A DNA stretch of 64,000 bases, from the NCBI GenBank assembly GCA_028534125.1, contig CM052816.1:71426001-71490000 (forward strand), in the 5' to 3' direction. The translations under genes and the position numbers were made by a program. Positions 24,820 to 38,739 of the stretch are shown here, in pieces (within the stretch, counting starts at the first letter, position 1; each line of letters opens with the position of its first letter). Below the pieces are notes generated by a model. That model was not told the origin of the DNA. It ran no database searches and was given only the letters and a program-made list of their open reading frames with translations. This DNA comes from Lama glama (Eukaryota).

Positions 24820-25160
24820 GTTCCTCGAGTCTGGAATCTTGGCACCTTTCCTCCTTGTCCTCTGACTAGTCGACAGCGTCACATGTTTCAGTTTAAGCAT
24901 CACTCTCACCACAGAGCTTCTCTGACTCCTGCTCTTACTTTCAAAATCTGGGTTTGATGTTCCACCATGGCACCCTGTCCATCCTCCATGAAGCACCTTG
25001 TTCAGATCATGTAGGTATTTGTCTGTATCCCCTAGCAGACTGAGACCCATGACAGTAGAGACCTTGTCCATTTTGTTCACTTGTGTTCCTTCACTGCTTA
25101 GCACAGCATCTGGCATATGGTAGCTGTTTAGTAAATATTAAGTGGATAAATGAATGAATG
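24820..25160 (+). mobile_element. L2a 3' end
   Basis: agagaccttgtccattttgttcac...gcttagcacagcatctggcatatggtagctgtttagtaaatatt...aatgaatgaatg. Confidence 0.8.
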
Positions 25161-25204
25161 GGGGATTTCCCTTAGCCTGTGGGTAGCTCTGTTACAAAAA
25201 ATCA

Positions 25205-25420
25205 TAATGATAATCATAATGACAGCCAATACTCACTATACACTATTGTGTGCCAGCCTATGGTGTGTTAAGCACATTCGTATATTATCTGATTTATCCT
25301 CAAAGCCATAAGTTAAAGACTATCATTATCCCCACATCACAGATGAAAATTGTTAGAGAGTTAGGAGAAATTCCCAGTATCACACAGCTAATAAACTTGG
25401 AAACTGGTATTTCCAGCTCC
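25205..25420 (-). mobile_element. MIR SINE
   Basis: tgtgtgccagcc...tatcattatccccacatcacagatgaaaattg...cccagtatcacacagctaataa. Confidence 0.8.
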
Positions 25421-26347
25421 AGTGAGGGCTGTATAATTTCAGAGGCTGATCTCAATCTTAATTTACTACAATTTTTTCCAGAAATGTATTGATATTTTTA
25501 GAATATACTGACAAAATCAAACTATTATTTATGGAGCACTTCCTACACTTGAGTAGGTGTGCATGTAGCTTTATTCCAGCTACTGCCTGGCTTTCCTCGG
25601 TTATTAGAGTCACCGTTATAAAATTAGAAACTGCGGTCATAAACCCAGCCAGGAGGTCATCAGGGTGAAAATTGAAGCAGTTCACAGAATGAACAAATTA
25701 AAGTATAAACTCTTATTCACTAAAATTTAATTCAATATCAAATGTACAAATTGCCGGGGTTTTTTTTCACTAATGAAGGGAAGATGCCAAGTGCGGGTCC
25801 ATTGATGACTTAAGTCCGGAGCAGCATTCAAGGGGTATGTGTAAACACGGTGTATTAAAACAGTGGAATTACAGCCAAGTCTGGGTCCAAAAGTGAAGAG
25901 AATAGCTAAAATCCTTGCGCAACCATTCTTCTCGGTCTCAGAAAGGTGAAGTGAGAGCAGGAGGTGGGTCCCGGCGGGCGCACCTCCAGCCCAGCTCAAG
26001 GCTGGTCTTTCAAACTTGAGGTATGAAGGGAAGTGCAGTTTAACGGCTCATCTACCACCTGTCGCCCTCACGATAAGTGATAGCAAGAGCCTCACAGACT
26101 CTGATTACTAACTCTTTTTAGGAGGAAGTATTGTGAAAAGAACTTTTTTGTTATCTTTACAAAGACATCCGTTCTATCAATTCTTATTGAAACATACAGA
26201 GGAGCTTGGGGGATCAGGATTTCTAAGAAACAGAATTTTCAGGGCTGGATGAAATAGGTAGGCAGATGAGATGAGCAACCGGGGGAAAAAATCTCAGAAA
26301 CAAATCTTATTCCAGTCTAGAGTTTTAGGCACCCAGGATGTTAATAG

Positions 26348-26677
26348 CTGTGCTGTCTTAAACCACATCCCCTCACCAGAAGGTGCTCTTGAAAACTTGA
26401 AATGGGGCTCATTTGAATTGAGGTGCACTTTAAGTGCAAAGCACACACTAAGTTCTGCAGGCTTAGTGTGAAAAGGAGTGTAAAGTTTTCATGAATAATT
26501 TTTAAGTCGATTACATGTTAAAATAGTATTTTTGGTATAGTGGGCTAAATAAAACATATTATTAAAATTAACTTCTCTTGTTTCTTTTTAACATTTATAT
26601 GTGATTATTATAAACTGTAAATTTACATATATGGCTTTTATTAGTGGCCTACTTTATATGCCTGTTAGGTAGCACTG
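26348..26677 (-). mobile_element. MER33 hAT-Charlie DNA transposon, full length
   Basis: Ends ctgtgctgtc / tagcactg; internal gattacatgttaaaat...taaataaaacatattattaaaattaa; 8-bp TSD gttaatag (26340-26347) / gttcatag (26678-26685). Confidence 0.85.
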
Positions 26678-26895
26678 GTTCATAGGAGGGTTACATGTAT
26701 TTTATTTAATCCTGCTTCAGCAAGATTCTTAAATCCTCTTCGAACTTTAAGTTTTTGACTTAGGGGGTTTTTAAACCTTTAAATGAATTGCAAATAATGT
26801 TATCAGTCCTCAAAAATCTTACTTTTTACAATTAAAAATGTTACATAAGAAAGTTCTTCTTAGACTTCGATAATTTTTTACTCAATTTGACTTTT

Positions 26896-27061
26896 AAATT
26901 GAAGTGTAGTTGATTTACAATGTTATGTTAGTTTCTGGTGTACAGCAAAGTGGTTCGGTTATACAAATATATATTCTTTTTCAGATTCTTTACTGGTATA
27001 GGTTATTACAAGGTACTGAATATAGGTCCCTGTGCTATACAGTAGGACTTTTGTTGTTTAT
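26896..27061 (-). mobile_element. 5'-truncated artiodactyl-type L1 3' end
   Basis: attgaagtgtagttgatttacaatgttatg...ccctgtgctatacagtagg; TSD ctcaatttgactttt (26881) / ctcagtttgactttt (27062). Confidence 0.9.
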
Positions 27062-27463
27062 CTCAGTTTGACTTTTTAAAACTTAACTTAGCAATTGTGA
27101 ACTAAAGAGTGAACACTTGATAACAGCCAATGTGAAAAAGCTGGAGAAAGAATAATAGCTCTTAACACCAGTAGCTATTTGTTTTCTGTGAAAAGAACAA
27201 TCTGAAAAGGAACCAAGATGGAAGTGAAAACACAGAAATCTATGAAACCAATTGTTGATCCCTTGTGATTGCTATTTTATCATAAGGTATATTTTACCTG
27301 ACAAGGTGTGCATTATCAATAGAAGTCAGTATGAAACACAGGGTTTTGTGAATATTTGCATATGATGTACATTTAGTTTGAAAATGTTCCCAAGACCACA
27401 TATTTTTAAGATTTTTAAATTTCAACTTATAGCTTTTAGGGGTATTGAGTTTTTTTAACTTTT

Positions 27464-27870
27464 TGTATCAGTCTGGGGCTCTGTGGAAGCAGAATTGTCC
27501 CTGGGTGGTTTAAGCAAAGAAACTGAATAAAGGGCAAGGTTAAGAATAAAACAGAACAAGGAACAAATACTGGAGGCAGCAAGACATCATTCCCACTGCC
27601 AGGGCTGATGGAATAAAGCAGTCAACTAGTTTTACTAGAGTTAAAAAATGAGTTTGAGCCAAGGAGGAGGGTGTCTTTGAGCTACCTGTGGCCCAAAACG
27701 CAGTGCCAAGCAAGGAAGTAGAGAAGTATCCTGAACTCTCTCTCCTCCCACTCTACCCTACTCTGTTGGAAGAGCCCAAGTGGGAGTTTACCATCTCCCT
27801 GTGCAAGCATGCAGACAAGGGTGGAGAATGAAGAGCAGACAGGAAAAAAAACAGAGGATAAACAGCATAC
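27464..27870 (-). mobile_element. Ancient ERVL/MaLR-class solo LTR (subfamily uncertain)
   Basis: tgtatcagtctgggg start and gggtggagaatg...ataaacagcata end, ~400 bp, LTR33/old-MLT1-like. Confidence 0.45.
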
Positions 27871-30800
27871 TTAGGAACGATGCTTTATTCATATTATTTT
27901 GTCTAAGGTCTAAAGCACTGTGAATAGGCACGGGAAGAATCAAATGGCATGATAAATCCTAACAGAAAGATCATTAATCAAATGAGATGCTACATGAGAT
28001 TGAAGAGCATTAATATGAAACAAGTCATGCAGTGGTAATGGAAACCCAAAGGGAGTCATAATGCTATAGAAAGATAAAGGAATAGATGTTAAATGTAGAG
28101 AGACTGCAGTGCTTAACTTTCTCTTTTGATCAACTTATGACTACAAATGATAATTTATTGTAATGAATAAGAATTAAATTACAAGACAATGGGGCCTTAA
28201 TTATATATCTTGAAAATGGGAAATGTATAATCTTGGAGAAACTGCCAAAAGATGAGAATTTAATAATTAGAGAATACTGTTTTCAACTTCTGACATTTGA
28301 CCTCTATTTTGATCATATTAGTGATTCTCGGTTTGTTAAAAGTCTAGAGAAAATTTTAAGTCTCAAGTGTAAAATAGCACAGATAATTCAACACTTCATT
28401 ACATACCAGTATCCTGTATAATCTAATTGTATAGACAAAATGAATTTAAAAACAGAAACATATGCATAATACAGTGTTTAATATCTTATCATTTTAAGTA
28501 TCTTTCTCATACTGTGTTATCTTAACATTTCTCACAGCGTGAACAATCTGACCTAAACTTGAGAATGGTCATTGTCTCCATCTCTCAAACAAATTGGTGC
28601 CCCTCTCCAGAATGCCTTCCCTAACTATGCTCCCACTCCTAGGTCATTCCTACTGCCAGGTGGAAGTGAGAACAGCATCTTAGAACAATATGCACCATAG
28701 ATTATTGAACTAAAATGAAGACTTAGCAAAACAGGTGAATAATGTATTGTTTCTGCCTTTGTCTGGTTGAGATTTTGTTATCACTTAGAGTTGCTGACCC
28801 AAGAACAGCAGTGCTATAGTTCTATATTATTGAATAAGGGAATATACATACCATTTTGACAGAAGACAGAAGATGAGGGAGCTAACACTCTATTTTGAAA
28901 AGTCTAATCCTTATTCTATTTCCACTAGAAGCTCAGTTACACTTGCTGGCAGAGCCACCATTTTCATCAAGGTTTCTTTCAACTACCCAGAAAAGTACTC
29001 CATTGGGTCCCAATTTCTCACTCCATTAAGCCTGAGGAGGTTATGCTAACTTGGGCAATTTCAGTATATGTGCCAGCAACACCCCACCACCTGGAGAAAA
29101 CCTTAGTCATGCTGTGTGAAACATTTGGTTTAAAGCAATGTCACAGACTTATTGCATGACTGCCATCTTTGAAATGTAACCCCGAGGAACAGGGACACTC
29201 ACTGAAGGAAGTTATTTAGATAAGAGTTCTTCCCATTTCTGACAACTTTAAATTATTAATTCATATCTATAGCCATGTAACTTGGGCTCCCCAGACCTTT
29301 CCTAATCTTAAAACATTCTAGAAATACAATTCTCCCCCCCAAATGAATTTATAACCCTAGGCCAAGCATATCAAGATTCTTATGAGTGAAGTCTAAGACT
29401 CGGCATTTCCAAGAAACCCACTTGCCCCCAGTCCCGAGGGCTTCCATGTTCAGGCAAATCTGGAAAAAAAAAACTACAATTAAACAATAATTGGCAATAT
29501 TTGAATTATATTACTTAAAGATGTAGTCTGAACCACTTAATTTTACTATTTTTAAATTAAATGAATCACTTTCTTAAATAAAATCTGTGGTATATTTACT
29601 ACACATGCCAGGGAATAATTATACAGCTAACAATTTTGATTTTCAAAATAAGATTGCATATATATACTTTCAGTTAGACAATACTATTGATTTAGCATTT
29701 TTGTGTTTATAAACAACAATTCTTAGAAACAAATTTTAAATTTTTTTTCTTGCATTTTACGGAAAAACCTCCAAGTACCTAAATCATTCAGAGCAGCCAC
29801 CATTTATGAAATATGGACTTTATGTAAGATATTCTTAACATATATTTGTTATTTTTCACAAGAAGATGTGCATTGCTGTGCTTATATTTAGAAATGAGGA
29901 AAGCAAGCTTCAAAAATTTAAATAATATGTCCAAAATCCCACAGTTAATATCAGAACGTTAGTCTAAAACAGACAATTCTTGTGTATCGTGTTGCAAGGG
30001 AAAATACTGTAAAAACCTAATTTACATATAAAATCAAATCAAGAAGGAATTTTTTATCCATGCATTTCTCTGGGCATTTTATTATCTAACCATAGTGATT
30101 TGCTATTTAGCTAAGATATATAAGTGTATAAATAACTTATTTATATAAATATATACGTCATAGAAACATGACAACTGATAGCTTTTTTTAAAAAAACTCA
30201 GTCATCAGTGAGGAAGAAATGCTAATGATATTACTGACTGTGAATGGCTATTATGATATATACACCATAGAGAAAATTGATTCCTAGGGGAATATCTTTC
30301 TAGAAAAAAATAAGAATATCCCCAGGGTTCATAACCAAATCAATGAATTTACAATCATCTATTGAGATGTTTAGAAATACAAGGAAGGAACCACACTGTT
30401 TAAATATTGTCAATTTTTTAAATTGCTTTTCAGATTTTGCTTCTACTGGTTATATAATCATTCCCTCCTCAGCAAAGTAAACAGAAAAATGGTCTTGATA
30501 AACTTTTAACTTGTCAGCAAAAATACTTGAAAAACAGAATTGAGGCATGTAAGTTTATACACACACAGAGAGAGACAGTAGGCGACAAGATCTAGTTCTT
30601 ATGCACATATGTATGTGTAGTTATTTGATTCTAAAACGGTTCTTGAAATTTATCAATTGTTCTGTTATTGATTTGGAAGAGCTTTCTTGGTACCAACCAC
30701 TAAAAAACCTATTTTCACATCTAAATAAGAATTCTTGTGTAAGAAAAATTTCCAGATAATTATATAGAAAGTCAGTTGCTCTAACTTTATTTATTCTATT

Positions 30801-31266
30801 TTTTTAATTTGTTTTTTAATTGATTTATTCTATTCCCAATAAAATACGTGAAACAGAGAGAATTCATTTGGAGATTAACTTTTCCTGCCTTACTAAATTA
30901 AATTTGTTTTCTTGACTTTATTCAATATAACTGAAATTGCTAGATAAATCATGATTATGAAAGATGCCTGTACTCTATCTAGACCCAAAGAATTTTAGAT
31001 ACAGAAAGACCTTAGCATTAAATTAGCCCAATTCCCTCACTCTTAATAACTGGAATAACTGAGAGTTCTTGATATTAAACTACTCATCGAATGCTATACC
31101 ACTAGTCTAGTCATTCAGAAGATGAAGCATTGAAGCCAGCAGCATGCCAACCTGAAGATCTCTTAATATAATGTGAAGTTATTTTAGACAAAAAATGAAC
31201 TAAAAGATTAAAATTAATAAAATTAATCTTTTTTAATGTCACTAATCATGGTATTTTTTCGGCCAC

Positions 31267-31695
31267 TGTACTAGTTGAAGAATGTCTTCCAAAATTTATG
31301 TCTCCCTAGAACATCACAAGGTGACCTAATCTGGGAATAGTCTTGAGCATGTAATTAGATAAAGAAAAAAGAAGTCTTACTGGGTGAGGATGAGCCTGAA
31401 CTCTGATAACCGGCCTTATAAGAAGGCCATGAGAACACACAGAGACACGGACACACAGAGGAAAGATGGAGGCAGGTTTGCGGATTATGCTGCCACAAGC
31501 TAAGGAAAGAGTAGGGCCACCAGAGCTGCCCAGGGCAAGACAGGTTCCTTTCCAGAATCTTCACCGGGAGCATGGACCTACTGACATCTTGATTTCACAT
31601 TTCCGGCCTCCGGAACTCTGAGAGAATAAATTTACGTTGTTTTAAGCTCCCCTGTTTGTGGTACTTTGTTACGGCAGTCCTGGGAAGTTAACCCA
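31267..31695 (+). mobile_element. MLT1B/C MaLR solo LTR, full length
   Basis: tg...ca ends; ccttataagaag, gccacaagctaagga, gagagaataaatttacgttgttttaagc, tttgtggtactttgttacggcag; TSD gccac/gacac. Confidence 0.9.
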
Positions 31696-32157
31696 GACAC
31701 ATCACACAAAGATATATTTAAACATGATGAATAATGCCAGAAATTCTGTTCACTGAATACATTTTTATTTTACTTGTTAGTTTTATTGTGATTTTTTTTC
31801 TGTAGTCTTTGGATATGAATTTTGAAGATGCTAAAACATAAAATGACATTGCTTCAAAATGCACTGTAACACATCATTTACAAAAGTCCCTTTATATCTG
31901 TGCATCATAGTTACTCTCTTAAAAATAATCCAAAAATGACCAAAAGTGGGTAAAAAATTTAATATCATGATCTCTTTTATGTCACTAATTAAAATTACAA
32001 TAGGTACAGATGATAACACATCCGGACCTGTTGGATAAATTTCACTGTAGGAAAGAAAGTCTCATGTCAGCCTTGTGAATATTTATTCTAAGATGTCACA
32101 AAAAGAGATTCTGTAATATTGAATTTTATATTGTTATAATAGCAACTCAACAATAGT

Positions 32158-32213
32158 TATAATAATTAGGTTATATGTAGATACACAAGTATACATTTAA
32201 CCTAATTATTATA
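32158..32213. repeat. Inverted repeat, 22-bp arms (1 mismatch), 12-nt loop
   Basis: tataataattaggttatatgta / tacatttaacctaattattata. Confidence 0.9.
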
Positions 32214-32699
32214 GTTATAAACTCAGTTTTATTATTTAAGCATATAGACAAATATGACCTCTGTTTCCCATGACCTCCATTTTTGCACTGAAGCTATTTC
32301 CAAAGAGCATTTATAAATTTTTTGCTTCATAAGGGAGCTTCTTCATAATTCTCACTATGGTCTGCACTTGGGCAGGCCCCCCAAAAGCAGACCCACTTTA
32401 AGGCTGGGTTATCCTCTTCTCGGTCTGTGTCAGAATCCAGAACAGTAGTTGCATCTCAATTCCCCTCCAGCTAGAAAATTTTATGTAACACTTGCTACAT
32501 CAGGAAACAAAAAGAACTATTATGAAAAAATAATGGACCAAAACAAAATACAAAACTACATTGAAACAAAAATATAATAGTTAATTTAAAACTATATTGA
32601 AGGCAATAAATGTTAAGCTTGATAAAAATAGGATACATTCATGAAGTATAGGTGGATTCATGAATCTACTATTTGGTCAGAAACTGAATACAAAATTAC

Positions 32700-33630
32700 C
32701 CTTGGGCAAAATTACATGTGTGCTTGATAGAACTTTTCTAGAGAGAATGTCTATCTTAAAAAAAGAAAAACACTCTCTGGAAAAAAATTTGCAAATACCT
32801 TTCTGACAAATAATTTGTATTCAGAATGCATAAAGAACTTCTATAAACCAACAATGAAAATGTAAACAACCATTAAAAAACTGGGGAATAATTTGAAAAT
32901 ATGTTTCACAAAAGAAGATAAATGAATAAACACTTGGAAAGGTGATCAAAATTATTGACAGGGAAATGCAAATTAAAATCACAATGAAAGGCCATTCAAT
33001 ACCCATAAAATGCCTGAAATACAAAAAAAAAACCCTAATATTAAATGGTGATGATGTAGAACAACTGGAAGTTTCAAACACAGTCAGTGGAAGTATAAAA
33101 TGGTACAATATTTTACATACTTGTACAATTCTTATGCAGTTAAGCACACATCTACGTTTTGAGCAGTTCAACTCCTAGGTATTAATCCAAGAATAACAGA
33201 AACATACATTTACAATAAGAACTGATTGTAAGAACTAAGAATGTTCCCAGAAGACTTAGTCATACTAGTAAACAGCTATAAGCGTCCATGTGCCCATCAA
33301 GAGGAGGAAGGACAAACAAGTTATGGTGTATTCATACAAGGGAACACTACTCAGAAGTGAAACAGAATGACTTATTGATACAAAATCAACATGAGTGAAT
33401 CTACACACATTATGCTGAGTGAATGAAGCCGGACCCAAAAGAACACATTCTGTATGAGTTCATTAATATGAACTTCTGGAATCAGCCAAAGAATCTATGA
33501 CATTGGATGTAAGGAAATTGTGGAAAATGGCACAAGAGAATATTTGTATCTATTGTGAGCAGCAGTTAAATTGAATTAAAAGCTAACAAACTATGCATTT
33601 TAAAATATGCAAATGATACTTCAATAAAAC
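32700..33630 (+). mobile_element. Old L1M (MB/MC/ME-type) ORF2 end and 3' UTR
   Basis: ttcacaaaagaagata, gggaaatgcaaattaaaatcacaatga, ggtgatgatgtagaacaactggaa, cattatgctgagtgaatgaagccggacccaaaag. Confidence 0.85.
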
Positions 33631-34249
33631 ATTTTAATTACAGTAATAAGAATACTTAAAAATAAAAAGAACATGTACAAGTTAAATCATTAAATATAAA
33701 AATATAAATAAAATTCACTAATCTCATCTTCAAAGAAAAGGCCTGAGATTTAGGTTAATAAACTTTCTTGTGTTTTTTATATTAAGGACAAGATTAAGGA
33801 AAGGGATCATCACTTTGCATTAACCTAATTAAATGTTTAAATTTAAAGCTAAATATTTCTTCAACACTCAACAACAGCAAAATGTTTAGTCACAAGATAC
33901 ATAAAATATTAGGTTGCCTTCCAATTTGGGCTGCATATTAAACATAATAAGAAAGTGAAGTAACATCAATAAAACTTTAACAGTAATACATTCTGTATCC
34001 TACACCCAGCCAAGTTATAATTCCCGCATGAAAGCAATGCAAAGATATTCTCAGATATGTCTGAACCCGGAATATACTCCATTCAGTTGCTTTAAAACCT
34101 CAAGAATGTTCTAGAGAACATTTTTTTCTTCCGAACAAGTAGCAATAACAAAGAAAAAAATATTGGGTTTTATCTCCAGGTACAATCACTGAGGATAGCA
34201 TTGAGCAGGAGTAGGGTGAGGAGTAGGGGGAAGTTATATCCTAGAAAAG

Positions 34250-35700
34250 TGGAACATTTGTATGCTATTCTTAACTTTGCTAAATTGGCTTAAGAATCTT
34301 TACAATTTTAATATAACTACACATAATTTTCACATAAATGACCATATTCCAAGATATTAAGGAAGGTCAAATGAAGAGAAAGTGACATCAACAAAACCTA
34401 ATGCTTGGAAATTTTTAGATATGTTCTTGTAAATAACAATTAGTCAAAGAGAAAATTGGGTTAATGTTAACAGAGTGAGTAGAAAAATACACTCACATCA
34501 GACTTAACGAGGTGCAACCAAAGCTATATTCAGAGTAAATGTCATTTTCATTAGTTTTAAAATAAATGAAATCTTTTAAATGTTTACTCAAGAGATAGGG
34601 AGAAAAATAAGCAAAATCTAAATACTTCAGAAGGAAATAGTTAATAAAGTTTCAAGCAGAAATAACTGCAAAGCAAAATTATGGAAATAAAAATATGAGA
34701 CTTTTACAAATAATGATATAGAAAAGACTGATTAATAAAATAATTTCAAAAGTAGAAATGATGTATTTCAACAGTTATTCAGTTATAGCATATATTTTAA
34801 AATGAGATTCTTTTAGGAACAATTGATGCTAATATATTTAATAATCTCAAGAAAATGGACATATTTTCTAAAGAAAAACATACAAATAGCCAAAACTAAT
34901 TCAATAAGGATTTTAAAAGAAAAAAAAGCAAAAATAAAAAGGAAGTGCTGAAAAACTTAGCACAAACAAAAAAGCATCTTCTCAGACAATTGCTTTCACA
35001 CTTGATTTATTTAAAGTTTTTAAGACACAGCTAATGTCTGTGCTACAAAAATTACTGAAAAACATAGATTAAAAAAAGGGAAGTTGCCAGATTTACTTCT
35101 TTATAAAGCAAGAACTATTCTAGAAATAAAAGCTGACAAAGATACACAGAATAGAAATCTGGGTATCCAATTTTTTTATGACTGCAGACTTGCAAAATCT
35201 TAAACAGACCACAACAAAACAGTCTTTAGTCCAAGAATGAAACCATTCATCATTATAAAATCTATTAATAAAATTTATCACATAGACAAGTTAAATATGA
35301 AAAATAATATAGCCTTTCCAATTGGATACCCCAAAAGGCTACAAAATCCAAGAACCATTAACTAGTATAAGTTTTTAATATAGAGAAATAAAAATGTTTC
35401 CTGAACATGATAGAGACTATCAAGCTTTGTCCAGGAGACAATGTGGGATTTAATCCAAAACTGCAGGAAGATACCATTACTATCGAACATTGTCCGAAGT
35501 CTAGCTAGTGAAACTTGGAAAGGAGAAAGCAAAATAATTATTTGCAGATGACATGATGTTAAATCTGGAAAGCCCAGATATATAAAAGATGTACAGCAAC
35601 TTAATGCTTGCATAGAAACATGCATGAAACATGTATAGAAAAGCCTAGAATACAAAGAGTATCCTTGGATAGAATTGTAGTATCTATTTTTTTGGTCACT
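34250..35700 (+). mobile_element. Highly decayed L1 ORF2 fragment
   Basis: A-rich; gaggtgcaaccaaagctatattcagag, gaaaatggacatattttcta, attatttgcagatgacatgat (LFADDM RT motif). Confidence 0.7.
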
Positions 35701-35992
35701 TTTATCTGATTTCTAAATTTTCTTAGTGAATATGTACTCCTAAGCAATGGAAACAAACATACAAACAAAAAATGACAAAAATATCTTTAAACCATAACAC
35801 TAAGAAAACTGGAAGGAGGGGCAAAATTCATTCCCGTGATGCAAAAACCATTAGCAGCTTTGTACAGGTGTGTTTGTGACAAACACACACACACGCATAC
35901 ACTGATCTATCTAAACATTAATGTGTGTGTGAATTCATACTATCTACAGCAATGTTTTATAACTAGTTTTATAACTTAAGTAGTCCCTTGTT

Positions 35993-36398
35993 ATTGCTTT
36001 AGTTTTTTTATCATTGAAGTACAGTTGATTTAGTGTTTGTGTTAGTTTCTGATAACATCATAGTGATTCAGTTATACATATATATTCATTTTCATATTCT
36101 TTTTCATTATAGGTTATTACAAGATATTGAATATAGTTCCCTGTGCTATCCAGTAGGTCCTTTTTGTTCATCGATTTAATATATATAGTAGTGTGTATCT
36201 GCTAATTCCAAACTCCTAATTTATCCCTACCTCCCCTTTCCTTTTGGTAACCATAAGTTTGTTTTCTATGTCTATGAGTCTGTTTCTATTTGTAAATAAT
36301 TCATTTGTATCATTCTTTAGATTCCACATATAAGTGATATCATATATTTCTTTCTCTGACTTACTTCACTTAGTATGATAATCTCTAGGTCAATCTAC
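35993..36398 (-). mobile_element. 5'-truncated artiodactyl-type L1 3' end
   Basis: attgaagtacagttgattta...ttagattccacatataagtgatatcata...atctctaggtc; perfect 12-bp TSD tagtcccttgtt (35981 and 36399). Confidence 0.93.
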
Positions 36399-36484
36399 TA
36401 GTCCCTTGTTCAAGGAATTTAAATTGTTTCCAGGTCTTCATTTTTACAGCTATGCATTTAATGACCATTTTTGGATTCATATAC

Positions 36485-37010
36485 TATGGTAATCTATTGC
36501 TGTATAACAAACTACCACAGAATTTAGCAGCTTAAAGTAGCAATTTATTTTTTCTCAAGATTTTGAGTGTCAGGAATTGTGGGTGGTTCTTCTGTTTCAT
36601 ATGCCATGAATGGAAATTACTCAAGGGTATTCAGGTGTCAGATATGCTGGTCTAGGGCCCTAGACAACTTTCCTCCTATGACTGGAGCCTGGACAAGGAT
36701 GACTGGAAAGCTGGGCTCGGCTGGAACAGGCGACAGGAGTGCCTCCATGCAAACTCTTCAGCATGGCAGCCTCAGAGTAGTTGGCATCTCACACAGCAAC
36801 TCAGAGCTCAAGAAAGAATGTTCCAAGAGGCCCAGATGGAAGCTGCCAGGTGTTTTATGACCTAACCTTAGTAATTCTGTAACATCAATTTTGTGACTTT
36901 CTACCAGTCAAGGAATCCACTACAGCCAGCCCAAAGTTAAAGGGAGGGAAATTAGACTCTACTCTCAATAGAGGTCATAGTAAGTAACTGTGGCCATCTT
37001 TCATAACACG
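36485..37010 (-). mobile_element. MLT1F/G/H-like MaLR solo LTR
   Basis: ctattgctgtataacaaactaccacagaatttagcagcttaaa...gctgggctcggctgg...aagggagggaaattagactctactctc. Confidence 0.8.
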
Positions 37011-37624
37011 GTGGGTACTAGGGTACCTAGTTGCAGGGTCAAAGGGTAGGCACATTTTAAATTACTTTCTGAAAAGTTTAAACCCAGCAAATTTTAAAGA
37101 AATTTTAGAGTGCATTTTCAAAATAGACATGTACATTAACAAGTCAATTGTTTCTGAGCAGTCCTCAAAAACATTTAATATGTTCTGTTTGGCTGCTCAC
37201 TAAGAGTCAACTGGTGATGTGAAACATGCAGCTGAGCAAAAGAAATATGACTTCTGATATAAAATATCAGAAAATTAAGAAACATCTTCAATATAAATAA
37301 TTAGGCTCACTGAAAGTCAAATACACAGATTTTTAGATGGTTTGCAATATTGTTCAAGACTATCTCTTAAAGGCAAACAATTGATTTATTGTGCTAGGAG
37401 GTAAAGCTTCTAGTGGTAGGGTTAACTATATTATAATTAGTCCTATACTGAGACAAAAAAATTTCTTTATTCTCTGAATTACGTCTAAATTACCTTCGTG
37501 GATTGATTACTTTGTAGATTTCCATATCATTTCCCTTCCCTGAAGCTGGTAGAGTAAGAAAAATTTGGAACCTTCCTCCACTTAGGTAGAGAGGCCACCC
37601 ACATGCTTAACTCTCTCCATCTAA

Positions 37625-38110
37625 AAGTGTCATTTGGAAATAACATCTGCTACAAATAACAGAGAACTTAACTAATAATGACTTAAAACATAGCATTTAT
37701 TGTTAACAGCAAGCCTGAAGATGTGTGGTCTCAAGATAGGTCATCAATTCCACAATGTTTTCAAGAATTCAGTTTCTTTCTATCTATCCACTTCACTATT
37801 CTGAATTGTTGGCTTATTGTCATCATGATTATTGCCTCATGGGGGGAAAAATGGCTGCTATAGCTCCAAATGTAATATTCAGATTCCAAATTAAAAAACA
37901 AAGACAGAGAATTAACTCTTTTCTCATGTTATTCCCTCTCATAAGGTAGGAAAACCTACTTTAAAGACCCCCAGTGGGCAGCTTGGTCATCCTTGTCCCC
38001 AAGGTGGCTGCAAAGAGATTACCTGGCTTGCCAGTCCCTGTTGTAAGTCGTTAGAGGAGAAAGAGATTGAGTGGGCATGGCTTTACTTAGTGAACAAATA
38101 GTTCTGTCAT
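37625..38110 (-). mobile_element. MLT1J/K-like MaLR solo LTR
   Basis: gctacaaataacagagaacttaactaataatgacttaaa...aaaatggctgctatagctcca. Confidence 0.65.
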
Positions 38111-38469
38111 AAACACAAAATAGAAAACAGGTTGAATCTTTGGATAAGGTTGAAGAAGTCCCCTCAAAAATGCTTCTAGAAAGAACAAAAAAGTCTGTGT
38201 AAGTTATGTATTGTCCAGCCTCAGTAAAGACCTAGCAAGTAATGGAACCCAAGACATTCTTAGTCCTTATCAAAACTCACCTTTCTTGGAGACATAACAA
38301 GGGTGGGTTTTAGTGAGCTTGCTACTGATTAAGGAATTTAGAATTCTCTCTCTTCCCTCTTCCCCTCTGCCTCCTCTAAATCTGGCCTTCGTATCTGCTT
38401 TCCATTTGTAAAATTTATGTGTTTTATTGTTGGAGCAAAGGACAAAGGAAGTTGTCAGACAGGGAAAGG

Positions 38470-38650
38470 ACAAAGCGTAGAAGAAAAACACGAACTTTGG
38501 AGATCCTGGATAAAGAATCAAGGTTTTATTCCTGGATCTGCTGCTAATTATAAAATCTAGGACTCTTGCTTAACCTTTTTAAGCTTTAATTTCTGCATCT
38601 GTAAATCAGTACGTGGCAAAAGACTGCATTCAGGGCTAAATTCTATTATT
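38470..38650 (+). mobile_element. MIR fragment
   Basis: gaactttggagatcc...ttattcctggatctgctgctaa...cttaacctttttaagctttaatttctgcatctgtaaa. Confidence 0.65.
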
Positions 38651-38739
38651 TGATTATGACTTTGTCACATAGCAGCCAAAAGCAGAATTAAGCTTAAGGA
38701 AAACTGGTTTACTACTAACTGGAGTCACATCATCAATCA

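Noticed and set aside
24426..25116. Overlapping 145-147 aa ORFs
   Set aside because: They run across an antisense L1 3' UTR and an L2 end; no recognisable protein or splice structure
32821..33178. ORFs with L1 ORF2-like residues (REMQIKITM)
   Set aside because: Decayed L1 remnant, not an intact or domesticated gene
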